A DNA stretch of 64,000 bases from Acidobacteriota bacterium (GCA_038747035.1 JBCDKB010000001.1:2029-66028), one strand, 5' to 3'; shown: positions 36,848-47,229, numbered from the stretch's first letter. Notes: generated by a model not told the origin, from the letters alone. Numbers and translations are program-made.

Positions 36848-38537
36848 CGATCACCCTTTTCTCCGACGGAGTCGACGGAGTGGTTTCAACGTCGGCTTCG
36901 AGATTCGGGATATCCCCCGGCAGGCCCGGCTGAATCAGCTCAGGGCGCCCCGACTCGAGCTTGGCGGCGTCGACGATGGCTCGCACGTCGTCGAGGAGCT
37001 TTTTGGCGTCGTAAACGATGCCGTCTTTGATGGTGTATTTCACGCCGCCGACGCGACGCGGCACGTTGGCCGCGTCGAGCTGGATGGCGCCGGTGCCGTA
37101 GAGCACTTTGAGGTTGCGCAGCGGGTTCTCTTCCACCACCACCAGGTCGGCGAGCTTGCCCGGTTCGACGCTACCGATTTCGTCCTCGACGCCGAGCACC
37201 TCGGCGCCCTTCATCGTCGCCGAACGGATCACTTCGAGCGGGTGGAAGCCCGCCTCCCGCAGCAGCTCGAGCTCGCGGATATAGCCGAAGCCGTAGAGCT
37301 TGTAGATGAACCCGGAGTCGGAGCCGGTGGCGATCCGGCCGCCGGCATTCTTATAGTCGACGAGGAAGTCCATCCACTTGCGGAAATTGGCCCGCCAGTC
37401 GACTTCGTGCTCGGTGGACCAGTCGAACCAGTAGGAGCCGTGCGCCTTGCGCGACGGGCGGTAGAAATCCCACAGCGCCGGCAGGGTATAGGTTTCATGC
37501 CACTCGGCCCGGCGGGCGCGCATCAGGTCGCGACTCGCTTCGTAGATGGTAAGGGTCGGCACGAGGGTGAAGTCGAGCTCGATCAGCTCGTCGATGACCT
37601 CGTTCCAGCGCTCGGAACCGCGGTCGGCGGCCTGCGCCCACAGCCGGCCAGCTTCGCCGAATCGGTCCTGTTCATTGAGGTAGTTGTAGTCGAGCGGATA
37701 GTGCTGCACCGTGCGGTCGACGAAGAGGGCCTCCGGCAGACCGTACCAGTGCTCCATGGTGGTCAGACCCCAGCGGGCCGTGGTCAAGACGTTGACCCGC
37801 GCGACGTCGATCTGGGCGTGGTGGCAGGCCGAGCCGAGGCCCCGTTCGCCGATGCGGCGGATCGCCGCCTCCATGATGTCGGGCCGGTAGCCGAAAAACT
37901 TGACGCCGTCGGCGCCCTGGTCGGCCACGCGGTTGACCCAGGACACGGCTTCGTCGGGCGTCGTGAACGGCTCATCCCGGTCCATGCCGAAGAAGGCATA
38001 GGCCCAGATGCGCGGCGCCGTGATCGAATTTTTGGCGCTCTTCGCCTTGTGGTCGAGGCAAAAATCGAGGCCGAGGCCGCAGCCCGGATCCCGGATCGTG
38101 GTGATGCCGTGGGCCATCCACAGCTTGAACACATATTCCGCCGGAGTGCCCTGGGACTCGCCGCCGATATGGCCGTGGAGGTCGACGAAGCCCGGCAGAA
38201 TATAGTGACCTGCGAGGTCCATCTCGCGGCCGCCGGCCCGCAGCTCGGGCCGATCCTCTACGTCGATGGGCACCCCCGGGTAGCCGACGTTCTTCACCTC
38301 GACGATGCGGTTGCCTTCGATCACGATATCGACCGGACCGATGGGCGGCGCCCCGGTCCCGTTGATCAAAGTCGCTCCGCGCAGGATCAGCTGGTCGTAC
38401 GGACCGTCCCCTTCCGCGCGCGCCGGGGCGGCGGGAACTGCATATGGGGACTCCTCGGCGGCGGGCCCGAGCGCGGCGAGACAAAGACCGAGGCAGGCGG
38501 CGGTGCCCACCAGCCACTTGGTGACGCGTTGGCGCAT
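36831..38537 (-). CDS. Secreted metal-dependent amidohydrolase-superfamily protein
   Basis: Signal peptide MRQRVTKWLVGTAACLGLCLAALGPAA with GGAGGA RBS; HGH metal-binding motif (GFVDLHGHIGG); ~568 aa. The upstream arginine-rich extension to 38843 was rejected. Confidence 0.8.
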   Translation of the reverse strand: MRQRVTKWLVGTAACLGLCLAALGPAAEESPYAVPAAPARAEGDGPYDQLILRGATLINGTGAPPIGPVDIVIEGNRIVEVKNVGYPGVPIDVEDRPELRAGGREMDLAGHYILPGFVDLHGHIGGESQGTPAEYVFKLWMAHGITTIRDPGCGLGLDFCLDHKAKSAKNSITAPRIWAYAFFGMDRDEPFTTPDEAVSWVNRVADQGADGVKFFGYRPDIMEAAIRRIGERGLGSACHHAQIDVARVNVLTTARWGLTTMEHWYGLPEALFVDRTVQHYPLDYNYLNEQDRFGEAGRLWAQAADRGSERWNEVIDELIELDFTLVPTLTIYEASRDLMRARRAEWHETYTLPALWDFYRPSRKAHGSYWFDWSTEHEVDWRANFRKWMDFLVDYKNAGGRIATGSDSGFIYKLYGFGYIRELELLREAGFHPLEVIRSATMKGAEVLGVEDEIGSVEPGKLADLVVVEENPLRNLKVLYGTGAIQLDAANVPRRVGGVKYTIKDGIVYDAKKLLDDVRAIVDAAKLESGRPELIQPGLPGDIPNLEADVETTPSTPSEKRVIGGHAH

Positions 38538-38794
38538 ATCGTCTGTTTCCTCCACGGTGTGCTTGGGCATTGTAGCCGCCCCACATCCAAGACGCCGTCC
38601 CCAGACGGACACTACCGGTGTCAGCGCGACAGCGGGAGACATCCCGTGACCGGCCACTGGCCCCCATCGGCCAGACACGAACGGGCAATCACGGAATCCT
38701 GCGCCTGCTATTTCCTCTGATTTTCTCGTCGGTATGACTCGCACGCCGGCCGAGGGCCGGCCCCCAACCAATGGCAGCTCATCAAGGAGCACCC

Positions 38795-41197
38795 ATGACG
38801 CGGAACGCCCGTATCCCTGTCTCTTGGAAAACCCCGAGCGCACCGCCGCCGTGGCGATATCTCGCCGCGTCGGTCCTGTGCCTCGCCCTCGCGACCCCCG
38901 CCACCGCCGCGACGCCGGAGCAGCGTCTGGTCGGCGGCACGTGGCAAGCCCAAGGCCCCGGCCCCGCCACCAACGGCCAGGTGGAAAACGTCGGCACCGA
39001 CGACCAGGTCGTCGGCGCCGTCCACACCGTCGTCGCCCACCCCAACGACGCCGACACGCTGTGGATCGGCGGCGTCAACGCCGGACTGTGGAAGACCACG
39101 AACGCCACCGCCTCCTCGCCGAACTGGACGCGTTTGACCGACGATCAGCCGTCCTTGTCGATCGGCGCCTTGGCCCTCGACCCGACGGACGCGGCGATCG
39201 AGACGCTGGTCGCCGGTTCCGGCGGATTCTCGAGCTTCGGCGCCCGAGGTGACCGGATCGGCCTGCTGCGCACCACCGACGGCGGCACGACGTGGACCCT
39301 GCTCGACGGCGGCGGCACCCTCAATAACGTCAACGTCTCCGGCGTGGCGCCGCGCTGCGCCACGATCGTCGTCTCCGCCAACTCGGGCTCGTCCGGCATC
39401 TTCCGATCGACCAACACCGGCGCCGCGTTTACGCAGATCACAACGGGCGACGGCACCGCCAACGGCATCCCCGCCGGCGTCAGCCACGATCTGGTGGGCG
39501 ACCCGAGCGACAACGCGATTCTCTTCACCAGCGTCTCCGACGCCGAAGTCAACGGCGGCACCTCGGGCTTTTACCGCAGCACCGACACCGGCGCCTCCTG
39601 GACCCGGGTCTCCAGCTCCGCCATCGAGGCCCTCATGGTGAGCGACGTCAGCAACGTCGAGTTCGCCGTCGGTCCGAGCGGCGACAACGTCTACGCCGGC
39701 ATCGTTCGCTCCGGCCGCCTGGCGGGGGTCTTCCGCTCCGGCAACGGCGGCACCACCTGGACCGCCATGGACCTGCCGGAAACCATCGAAGACGGCGTCG
39801 CCATCGGCGCCCACCCGGGCGGCCAGGGCCGCATCCACTTCGCCATCGTCGCCGACCCGTCCAACGTCAACATCGTCTATCTGTCGGGCGATCGGCAGCC
39901 GTTTAGAACCGAAGCCTCCGGCGGCGGCGGACCTTTCTTCCCGAACTCGAGCAACGCCTTCGATTTCTCCGGCCGCGTCTTCCGCGGCGACGCCTCGGCC
40001 AACCCCGGTTCGCAGTGGACGCGCTTGACCCATAGCGGCACGTCGAGCAACTCCTCGCCCCACGCCGATTCGCGGGAGATGACCTTCGACGCCGCCGGCA
40101 ACCTGATCGAGACCGACGACGGCGGCATCTACAAGCGCACGTCGCCGCAAACTTCCGGCGGCGACTGGTTCTCGCTCATCGGCGATCTGCAGACCACCGA
40201 GTACCACGGCATTTCCTATGACTCGAACGCCAATATCGTTTTCGGCGGCGCCCAAGACACCGGCACCACCGAGCAGCTGGTGCCGGATATGCCGGAGTTC
40301 TTTTCGATCTCCACCGCCGACGGCGGCGATACGGCCGTCGACGACGTTTCGGCCGGGGGCCTCTCGACTCGCTTTACGAGCAACCAATTCCTCGGCGGCG
40401 CCCGGAGGCGGACTTATAACGCCGCGAACGTCTTCCAGACCCAGATCTTCCTGACCTTCACGCCGCTCGCCGGCAGCGCCCCGCTTACGGCCCAGTTCTA
40501 CACGCCGATCGCCGCCAATGAGGTGGATGGCGACCGCCTGCTGATCGGCGGCGGCAACGGCCTCTACGAGTCCCTGGACCAAGGCTCCACGGTCACCGCC
40601 GTGGCGCCGGGGCGGATCGTCAACGCTTTCCGCGGCGATCCGCTGCTCTACGGCGTCCCGGGCAATGCCGACCTCGTCTACTTCGCCGACGGACCGGAGA
40701 TCTTCCAGCGCACCGCCGCGCCGCCGGCGGCGTTCACCGCCGTCACCACGCCGGGTGGCGATATCAACGACCTCGCGATCGACCCGGATACGCCGACGCG
40801 ACTCTTCGCCTCGGACTCCAACCAGGTCTTTTTCTCGACCAACGCCGGCACGTCCTGGGCCGACGTGACCTCCAACCTCATCTCGGATTTCGATCCGGGC
40901 ACGCTGCGCACGCTGGCCTTCATTCCGGGCACCAACGATGCCCTGGTGGTCGGCACCAACCGCGGCATCTACGTCGCCTTTGACAGCACGGGATTCACCA
41001 CCTGGGACCAGCTCGGCAGCGGGCTACCCAACGCCCTGGTCTACGAGCTCGACTACGACATCGCCGACGACGTGTTGATCGCCGGCCTGGTCGGCCGCGG
41101 CGCCTTCAAGCTCCAGCCGGCCACGGACAACTCGTCCATCTTCGCCGACGGATTCGAATCCGGCAACACCACGGCTTGGACCATCACGTTCCCGTGA
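38795..41197 (+). CDS. Secreted BNR/Asp-box repeat protein (sialidase / sortilin-like beta-propeller fold)
   Basis: Signal peptide; repeated S/T-x-D-G-G-T-T-W boxes (TTDGGTTW, STNTGAAF, STDTGASW, SGNGGTTW). ~800 aa. AGGAG RBS before the ATG at 38795. Confidence 0.7.
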   Translation: MTRNARIPVSWKTPSAPPPWRYLAASVLCLALATPATAATPEQRLVGGTWQAQGPGPATNGQVENVGTDDQVVGAVHTVVAHPNDADTLWIGGVNAGLWKTTNATASSPNWTRLTDDQPSLSIGALALDPTDAAIETLVAGSGGFSSFGARGDRIGLLRTTDGGTTWTLLDGGGTLNNVNVSGVAPRCATIVVSANSGSSGIFRSTNTGAAFTQITTGDGTANGIPAGVSHDLVGDPSDNAILFTSVSDAEVNGGTSGFYRSTDTGASWTRVSSSAIEALMVSDVSNVEFAVGPSGDNVYAGIVRSGRLAGVFRSGNGGTTWTAMDLPETIEDGVAIGAHPGGQGRIHFAIVADPSNVNIVYLSGDRQPFRTEASGGGGPFFPNSSNAFDFSGRVFRGDASANPGSQWTRLTHSGTSSNSSPHADSREMTFDAAGNLIETDDGGIYKRTSPQTSGGDWFSLIGDLQTTEYHGISYDSNANIVFGGAQDTGTTEQLVPDMPEFFSISTADGGDTAVDDVSAGGLSTRFTSNQFLGGARRRTYNAANVFQTQIFLTFTPLAGSAPLTAQFYTPIAANEVDGDRLLIGGGNGLYESLDQGSTVTAVAPGRIVNAFRGDPLLYGVPGNADLVYFADGPEIFQRTAAPPAAFTAVTTPGGDINDLAIDPDTPTRLFASDSNQVFFSTNAGTSWADVTSNLISDFDPGTLRTLAFIPGTNDALVVGTNRGIYVAFDSTGFTTWDQLGSGLPNALVYELDYDIADDVLIAGLVGRGAFKLQPATDNSSIFADGFESGNTTAWTITFP

Positions 41198-41208
41198 AGG
41201 AGATCGTC

Positions 41209-42201
41209 ATGACATCCCTGAAAGGTACAAAAGTAGCCATGATTCGCACGATCTCGCTCCTCGTCGCCTTCGCGGCGATCCCAGCCTTCGCCTACACACC
41301 GCCGAGCCAGCAGCAGCTCGACCTCTCCGCCGAGAGCTTCCAGCTGCGCGACGGCGTGGTCGCCGATCCGGCGCGCTCGGCGGTCTACGTGATGACCCGG
41401 GCCGGCGTCCAGGCGATCGACGTCGAGGGCGGCGACACGCTGTGGACCACAGACGCCGCCCAGCGTCCGGTGGGTCTCTACGGCGACCAGCTGGTGGCCC
41501 TCGCGACCCCCGAAGCCGCCGGTCGCTTGAAGCTCGCCCTGCTCGATGTGCGCACCGGACAAGTCGTCACGACGATCTCGGCCGGGCTGCCTGAAGGCGT
41601 CTCGGCGACCGTCGTCGACGGCCCCGGCCGCCAGTTCCAGGCCGGACTGAATGTGGCCGGCGGCGCCTTCTTCCAGTGGCGCTCCGTCGGCCGGCCGCTC
41701 GTCGGCGCCCCGGTGGTGGCCGGTGAGCTGCCGAGCGTGCAGCAGGTCCAGGAGGGCGTCCTCCAGCTGAACCCGGCGGCCGGGGAAGCGACAGCGGTTG
41801 ACCGCGCCGCGGCGCCAAAGCCGCCGGCCTTCCGCTTCGACCTCGCCGCCGACGAGCAGCTCGCCGGCGTCCAGGGGCGGCAATTCCGGGCGGGCGACGA
41901 CCGCCACGTGCTGGCGACGGAGAAACGGAGCGGCTCCGATGGCTTCAATCGCTATCGCTGGACCCTCCACGACCGCGTCGGCGGAGCTATCGGCAGCGTC
42001 GATCGCCCGGTATCGACGGCGCCGTTCTTCGTCAGCGGCGCGACTTTGGTGCATGAAGCCGGTCCGGTCCTCCGTCGCTTGGACACCGGCGACTTCGAGA
42101 CCAAAGGCCTGCGCTTGGTCGCCGCCGACCTGCGCAGCGGCGTTGAGCTTTGGAGCGTCGACCTGCGGGACACGGCGTACCGGGGCGTCTTGCCTCCGTA
42201 G
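41209..42201 (+). CDS. Secreted hypothetical protein
   Basis: Signal peptide MTSLKGTKVAMIRTISLLVAFAAIPAFA with AAGGAG RBS; G/V-rich beta-strand-like composition. No catalytic motif identified. Confidence 0.45.
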   Translation: MTSLKGTKVAMIRTISLLVAFAAIPAFAYTPPSQQQLDLSAESFQLRDGVVADPARSAVYVMTRAGVQAIDVEGGDTLWTTDAAQRPVGLYGDQLVALATPEAAGRLKLALLDVRTGQVVTTISAGLPEGVSATVVDGPGRQFQAGLNVAGGAFFQWRSVGRPLVGAPVVAGELPSVQQVQEGVLQLNPAAGEATAVDRAAAPKPPAFRFDLAADEQLAGVQGRQFRAGDDRHVLATEKRSGSDGFNRYRWTLHDRVGGAIGSVDRPVSTAPFFVSGATLVHEAGPVLRRLDTGDFETKGLRLVAADLRSGVELWSVDLRDTAYRGVLPP

Positions 42202-42323
42202 GAGCCCATTCGGCGTCGCCGATTCTCCACAGCCGGGCCCCCCGCGGCCCGGCTTTTTCGTGCGACGAGACCGGGATACCAAGCCGGTTGGGTTTCCCCC
42301 GGGCGACGCGTACAATCGCCGCC

Positions 42324-43163
42324 ATGGACATAAAAGACAAAGTGGCCTTGGTGACGGGGGGCGCCCACGGCATCGGACGCGCTCTCTGCGTGGGCTTTGC
42401 GGGCGCCGGCGCGCGAGCCATCGCCGTCTGCGATATTGATCTGGACGCCGCCGAAGGTACCGCCGAGCTGGTGCGCGAAGCCGGCGCTCGGGCGCTGGTG
42501 CTTGAAGCGGACGTCTCGGAAGAAGCGCCGATCCGACGGGCCGTCGCGATGACGGAGAAAGAACTCGGCCGCCTTGACCTGATGGTCTCGAACGCCGGCT
42601 TCGGTTATTCCGACAAGCCGGGGTGGACCGCCGCCTCCCAAACCAACGAGCAGTGGGACGAGGTCTGGCGGGTGAATGTCATGGCCCACGTGTGGGGCGT
42701 GCGCGCGGCGCTGCCGGGCATGCTCAGCCGAGGTTCCGGCTATTTCTTGCACACGGTCTCCGCCGCCGGCTTGATCACCCAGGTCGGTGACGCCTCCTAC
42801 GCCACCACCAAGCACGCGGCCATCGGCTTTGCGGAAAGCGTGGCGATCACCCACGGCGACCAGGGCATCGGCGTCTCCGTACTGTGTCCCCAGGGTGTGC
42901 GCACCCGCCTCATCGAGCTCGAGGAAGTGGTCAGCAAGTCGGTCGGTGTCGACGGCATCCGGGAGCCGGAAGAAGTCGCCGCCATCACCATCCAGGGTCT
43001 CGCCGACGAGCGCTTCCTGATCTTGCCCCACCCGGAAACGCTCGAGTACCTGCGCCGCAAGACGGCGGACTACGACCGCTGGATCGGCGGCATGCGGCGG
43101 TTTCGCCGCCACCTTTTCCCGAGCGACGACATCATCGACCCGGGCGAGCCCCCCAAGGCTTGA
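42324..43163 (+). CDS. Short-chain dehydrogenase/reductase (SDR)
   Basis: VALVTGGAHGIGRAL (TGxxxGxG); NAG; YATTKHA (YxxxK). Confidence 0.85.
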   Translation: MDIKDKVALVTGGAHGIGRALCVGFAGAGARAIAVCDIDLDAAEGTAELVREAGARALVLEADVSEEAPIRRAVAMTEKELGRLDLMVSNAGFGYSDKPGWTAASQTNEQWDEVWRVNVMAHVWGVRAALPGMLSRGSGYFLHTVSAAGLITQVGDASYATTKHAAIGFAESVAITHGDQGIGVSVLCPQGVRTRLIELEEVVSKSVGVDGIREPEEVAAITIQGLADERFLILPHPETLEYLRRKTADYDRWIGGMRRFRRHLFPSDDIIDPGEPPKA

Positions 43164-43180
43164 CCGGAAGGGACGAATCC

Positions 43181-43564
43181 ATGAGCCGTCGACATCCGAC
43201 CCCGGTCAATATCCGCAACTTCTCGGTCAAGTGTGGCAAATGCGGCGAGTATCCCGCGCTTGCGGTCTACGAGCCCGGCGACGAAATCAACACTTACAAA
43301 TTCGAGTGCGACGAACCGACCCACGGCGGCGATGCGTGTCCGCAGATCCTGCTCGAGATCCCGACGGATCTCGACGAATTCGCGAACCGCGACCCCAAGT
43401 GGCGCGGCGGCAAGAAGCACGCCGGCGCCGAAGCGCGGGCCGAAGAGGCCGGGTCCCAGGACGCGGAGGCCGGAGAGGCCACGGTCCATGAGGCCACGCC
43501 GGAAGCCGCCTCCGAAGCCCCATCCAGCCGCGCCGGTGGCCTCCTGCCGGTGCTCACCGAGTAG
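43181..43564 (+). CDS. Small hypothetical protein with a Cys4 zinc-ribbon-like N-terminus and an acidic tail
   Basis: CGKCGEYPALAVYEPGDEINTYKFECDEPTHGGDACPQ (CxxC ... C ... C). 127 aa. Confidence 0.4.
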   Translation: MSRRHPTPVNIRNFSVKCGKCGEYPALAVYEPGDEINTYKFECDEPTHGGDACPQILLEIPTDLDEFANRDPKWRGGKKHAGAEARAEEAGSQDAEAGEATVHEATPEAASEAPSSRAGGLLPVLTE

Positions 43565-43610
43565 TCAGCCCTAGGCCAGGCGAGCCGTCGGCGTCCGATA
43601 TGCTCGCCTC

Positions 43611-45008
43611 ATGCACGATTCGCAGGAAAACGACGAGGGCTTGGTACTGACCGGACCGCCGCCGAGGGCGCTGATCGCCGACGACCAGCGCGACGTGCTC
43701 GAGTCTTTGCGCTTCTTGCTGCGCGCCGAAGGGTGGCAAGTCGACACCGTGACGTCGCCGCGGCTGCTCGTCGAGCGCCTCAAGCACATGGAAGTCGACG
43801 TGGTGTTGATCGACCTCAACTACACCCGCGACACCACTTCCGGCCAGGAAGGCCTCGATCTCATCCGCGATATCCAGGCCGTGGACGCGGCGCTGCCGAT
43901 CGTCGTGATGACGGCCTGGGCGAGCGTTGAGCTCGCCGTGGAGGCGATGCGTCGAGGCGCCAGCGACTTCGTCGAGAAGCCGTGGGACAATCAGCGCCTA
44001 CTGTCGATCCTGCGGGCGCAAACCGCCCTCTCCCGGGCGGTGCGCCGAGGCCACAGGCTAGAGGCTGAAAACCGCCTGCTGCGTAACGACGCCGCCACGG
44101 AAATGATCGCCGAGTCCAAGGCCATGGCGCCGGTGATGACGCTGATCGAGCGGGTCGGGCCCTCGGACGCCAACGTCTTGATCACGGGCGAAAACGGCAC
44201 CGGCAAGGGCCTCGTGGCGCAGGTGCTGCACCGCGTGTCGAAGCGCGCTGAACGGCCGCTGATTACGGTCAATATCGGCGGGCTGTCGGAGACGATTTTC
44301 GAAAGCGAGCTCTTCGGCCACGTCAAGGGCGCCTTCACCGACGCCAAGAGTGACCGCGTCGGCCGCTTCGAGCTCGCCAGCTCGGGCACGCTCTTCATGG
44401 ACGAGATCGCCAATATGACGCTCTCACAGCAGGCGCGGCTGCTGCGCGTGCTCGAGACCGGTGAGCTCGAGCGGGTCGGTTCTTCGCGCACGCGCCAGGT
44501 CGACGTCCGGCTCGTCTCCGCCACCAACGCCGACCTCGACGACGCCGTGCGCGAGGGCACCTTCCGCCAAGATCTGCTCTTCCGGCTCAATACGGTCGAG
44601 ATTCCGCTGCCGCCGCTGCGCGAGCGGCGTGAAGACATCCCGCTGCTCGCCCACCACTTCCTCGCCGAGCAGGCCCGGCACTACGGCAAGGACCTCGAGC
44701 GCTTCGACGACCAGGCCATGCAGGCCATGCTCGGCCACGCTTGGCCCGGCAACGTCCGCGAGCTCTCCCACGTCATCGAGCGGGCCGTGCTCATGGCCGA
44801 CGGCCAGGTCGTGCGGGCCGCCGACCTCGGCCTCACCCGCGGCAAAGGGGAAGGGGTCAGTCTCGAAGAGATGTCCCTCGAAGAGGTCGAGAAGCTGCTG
44901 ATCAATAAGGCCCTCGAGCGCCACAGCGGCAACGTGTCCGACGCCGCCCGCGCCCTCGGTTTGTCGCGCAGCGCGCTCTATCGACGCCTGGAGAAATACG
45001 GCATTTGA
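43611..45008 (+). CDS. Sigma-54-dependent response regulator (NtrC family)
   Basis: REC domain (ALIADDQRDVLESL ... DVVLIDLNY); AAA+ with GENGTGKGLVA Walker A and GAFTDA loop; C-terminal Fis-type HTH SDAARALGLSRSALYRRL. Confidence 0.9.
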   Translation: MHDSQENDEGLVLTGPPPRALIADDQRDVLESLRFLLRAEGWQVDTVTSPRLLVERLKHMEVDVVLIDLNYTRDTTSGQEGLDLIRDIQAVDAALPIVVMTAWASVELAVEAMRRGASDFVEKPWDNQRLLSILRAQTALSRAVRRGHRLEAENRLLRNDAATEMIAESKAMAPVMTLIERVGPSDANVLITGENGTGKGLVAQVLHRVSKRAERPLITVNIGGLSETIFESELFGHVKGAFTDAKSDRVGRFELASSGTLFMDEIANMTLSQQARLLRVLETGELERVGSSRTRQVDVRLVSATNADLDDAVREGTFRQDLLFRLNTVEIPLPPLRERREDIPLLAHHFLAEQARHYGKDLERFDDQAMQAMLGHAWPGNVRELSHVIERAVLMADGQVVRAADLGLTRGKGEGVSLEEMSLEEVEKLLINKALERHSGNVSDAARALGLSRSALYRRLEKYGI

Positions 45009-46846
45009 CCGCCCCCGGGCCGGCGTCGGCGATCCTGCGCGACCCTTCGCGGGGCCTCTGGCTGGTCTTCGACGGCCGGCGTCGGGTGGTGTCGGCCCAA
45101 ACTCCGAAAGAAGTCCCGGCGGTGCTCGACGCCGTTGACCGGGCCCTCGGCCGGGGGGAGCACGTCGCCGGCTTCTTGAGCTACGAAGCGGCCCCGGCCC
45201 TCGACCCGACCCTGGATGCCCATCCGCCGGGCCCGGACGACCCTCCCCTCGCCTGGTTCCTCTGCGGACCGCCGCCGCGCGCGGTCCAGTCTTTGGACCT
45301 GCCGACCTCGGAGCGGGCGGCGGAGCTGCCGTGGCGGCCGCGGATCGACCGCGACGAACACGCCCGCGCCGTCGAGCAGATTCGAGAGCTGATCGCCGCC
45401 GGCGACACCTACCAGGTGAACTTCACGTTCCCCCTCGAGGCCCGCTGCGACGTCGACGGACTCGAGCTCTTCGCGCACCTGTGGCGCGCCCAAAGGGCCC
45501 CCTACTCGGCGTGGATCGACGCCGGTCGGTGGGCGGTCTGCTCGGCGTCGCCGGAGCTTTTCTTCCGCCAGGAGGGCGATCGCCTGCTCGCCCGGCCGAT
45601 GAAAGGCACGTCGCGCCGGGGGCGCTTCCCCGCCGAAGACGAGCGGCAGCTCCGCGAGCTCCGCTCGCCCAAGAATCGGGCCGAAAACGTCATGATCACC
45701 GACATGACCCGCAACGACCTCGGCCGGCTGGCGGAGCCCGGGAGCGTCCGGGTCGAGAAGCTCTTCGCCGAGCGGACCTACGCCACGGTGCACCAGCTGA
45801 TTTCCGAAGTGAGCGCCCGCACCGTCGCGGCGCCGCTCGACGTCCTGAGGACGCTCTTCCCGTGCGCGTCGATCACCGGCGCGCCGAAGAAGCGCACCAC
45901 GGAGATCATCCACCAGCTCGAGCGGGAGCCCCGCGGCCTCTACACCGGCGCCGTCGGCTGGATCGCCCCGGACCGGCGAGCTCTTTTCTCCGTGGCGATC
46001 CGCACGGCGGTGGTTGACCGCGGGCGCCGGCTGGCCCGCTACGGCGTCGGCGGCGGCATCGTCTGGGACTCGGAGCCGGAGGCGGAATATGACGAGTGCC
46101 GCGCCAAGGCCCTGGTCTTGGCCTCGAAGCCCCGAACTTTCGAGCTGCTCGAGACCCTCCAGTGGCGTCCGACGAGCGGTTTCGGGCACCTCGAGGAGCA
46201 CCTCGATCGCCTCCAAGCGTCGGCGCGGTATTTCGCGTACCCGTGCGACCGGGCGGCGATCCGGGCAGCCGTTGAGGCGCGGGCGGCGGACTGGCCGCCG
46301 GAGCGCCACCGAGTGCGCCTGCGACTCGACGACGCCGGCGCCCTCAGCGTCGAGGCCGCGCCGTGGCCGTGCGCGGGTCGAGAGCGCTGGCGCCTGTGCC
46401 TGGACGACCGTCCGGTCGACGAGCGGGAGCCCCTGCTCTTCCACAAGACCACGGATCGGCGGGTCTACGACGGTGCCCGGCGGCGTCACCCCGGGGCCGA
46501 CGAAGTCGCCCTGTGGAATCGCCACGGTCGGCTGACGGAGGGGACGCGCAGCAACCTCGTCGTGCGATTCGGAGACGACTGGCTGACCCCGCCGCTCGAA
46601 GACGGTCTGCTGCCCGGCGTCTACCGGGCCGTCTTGCTCCGGCGGGGTCGCCTCCGCGAAGCGCCCATCGAGCTTGAAACGCTGGGGCGCGCCGACGCGA
46701 TTTTCGCCGTCAACAGCCTGCGCGGCTGGGTCCGCTGCGAGCTCCAGCCGCCTTCCCACCCAGGCCCCGACGCCCGGGCTCGCTTCGGCGGCGACGCCGC
46801 GGATTCGGATATCGCCGACTCCCGCGTTCCGAGGGAAACTCCATGA
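45005..46846 (+). CDS. pabBC: Aminodeoxychorismate synthase component I fused to an aminodeoxychorismate-lyase-like (class IV aminotransferase fold) domain
   Basis: Chorismate-binding domain (PYSAWIDAG ... SPELFF, GAPK, TGAVGW); the C-terminal ~230 aa has class-IV PLP fold features. ATGA overlap with the preceding regulator. Confidence 0.75.
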   Translation: MTAPGPASAILRDPSRGLWLVFDGRRRVVSAQTPKEVPAVLDAVDRALGRGEHVAGFLSYEAAPALDPTLDAHPPGPDDPPLAWFLCGPPPRAVQSLDLPTSERAAELPWRPRIDRDEHARAVEQIRELIAAGDTYQVNFTFPLEARCDVDGLELFAHLWRAQRAPYSAWIDAGRWAVCSASPELFFRQEGDRLLARPMKGTSRRGRFPAEDERQLRELRSPKNRAENVMITDMTRNDLGRLAEPGSVRVEKLFAERTYATVHQLISEVSARTVAAPLDVLRTLFPCASITGAPKKRTTEIIHQLEREPRGLYTGAVGWIAPDRRALFSVAIRTAVVDRGRRLARYGVGGGIVWDSEPEAEYDECRAKALVLASKPRTFELLETLQWRPTSGFGHLEEHLDRLQASARYFAYPCDRAAIRAAVEARAADWPPERHRVRLRLDDAGALSVEAAPWPCAGRERWRLCLDDRPVDEREPLLFHKTTDRRVYDGARRRHPGADEVALWNRHGRLTEGTRSNLVVRFGDDWLTPPLEDGLLPGVYRAVLLRRGRLREAPIELETLGRADAIFAVNSLRGWVRCELQPPSHPGPDARARFGGDAADSDIADSRVPRETP

Positions 46847-47229
46847 ATCGACGCACCTTCCTCACGACCCTGCTACTCGCCGCCGCGGCCCCGGCCACCT
46901 CCGGGGCCGAGGTGACAGCCACCGGAGACCCCGCCATGTACGGACTGATCGCCGAGATGAAAGCCGCCCCGGACCAGCGCGACGCGCTGATCGACATCCT
47001 GCTCGGAGGCACCCGCGACATGCCGGGCTGCTTGAGTTACGTCATCGCCCGCGACCCCAAGGACAGCGACACCCTGTGGATCACCGAGGTCTGGGACAGC
47101 CCGGAGAGCCACCGGGCGTCCTTGGCGCTCCCCGCCGTCCAGGACGCCATCTCCAAAGGACGCGCCCTCATCGCCGGCGTCGGCCAGCGCATCGAGACCG
47201 CGCCGGTCGGAGGCCACGGCCTTGGCTGA
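46843..47229 (+). CDS. Antibiotic-biosynthesis-monooxygenase (ABM)-like domain protein with a Tat/Sec-type signal
   Basis: MNRRTFLTTLLLAAAAPA twin-arginine-like leader; ~100-aa ferredoxin-fold ABM-like body (YGLIAEMKA ... LWITEVWDS). Confidence 0.5.
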   Translation: MNRRTFLTTLLLAAAAPATSGAEVTATGDPAMYGLIAEMKAAPDQRDALIDILLGGTRDMPGCLSYVIARDPKDSDTLWITEVWDSPESHRASLALPAVQDAISKGRALIAGVGQRIETAPVGGHGLG

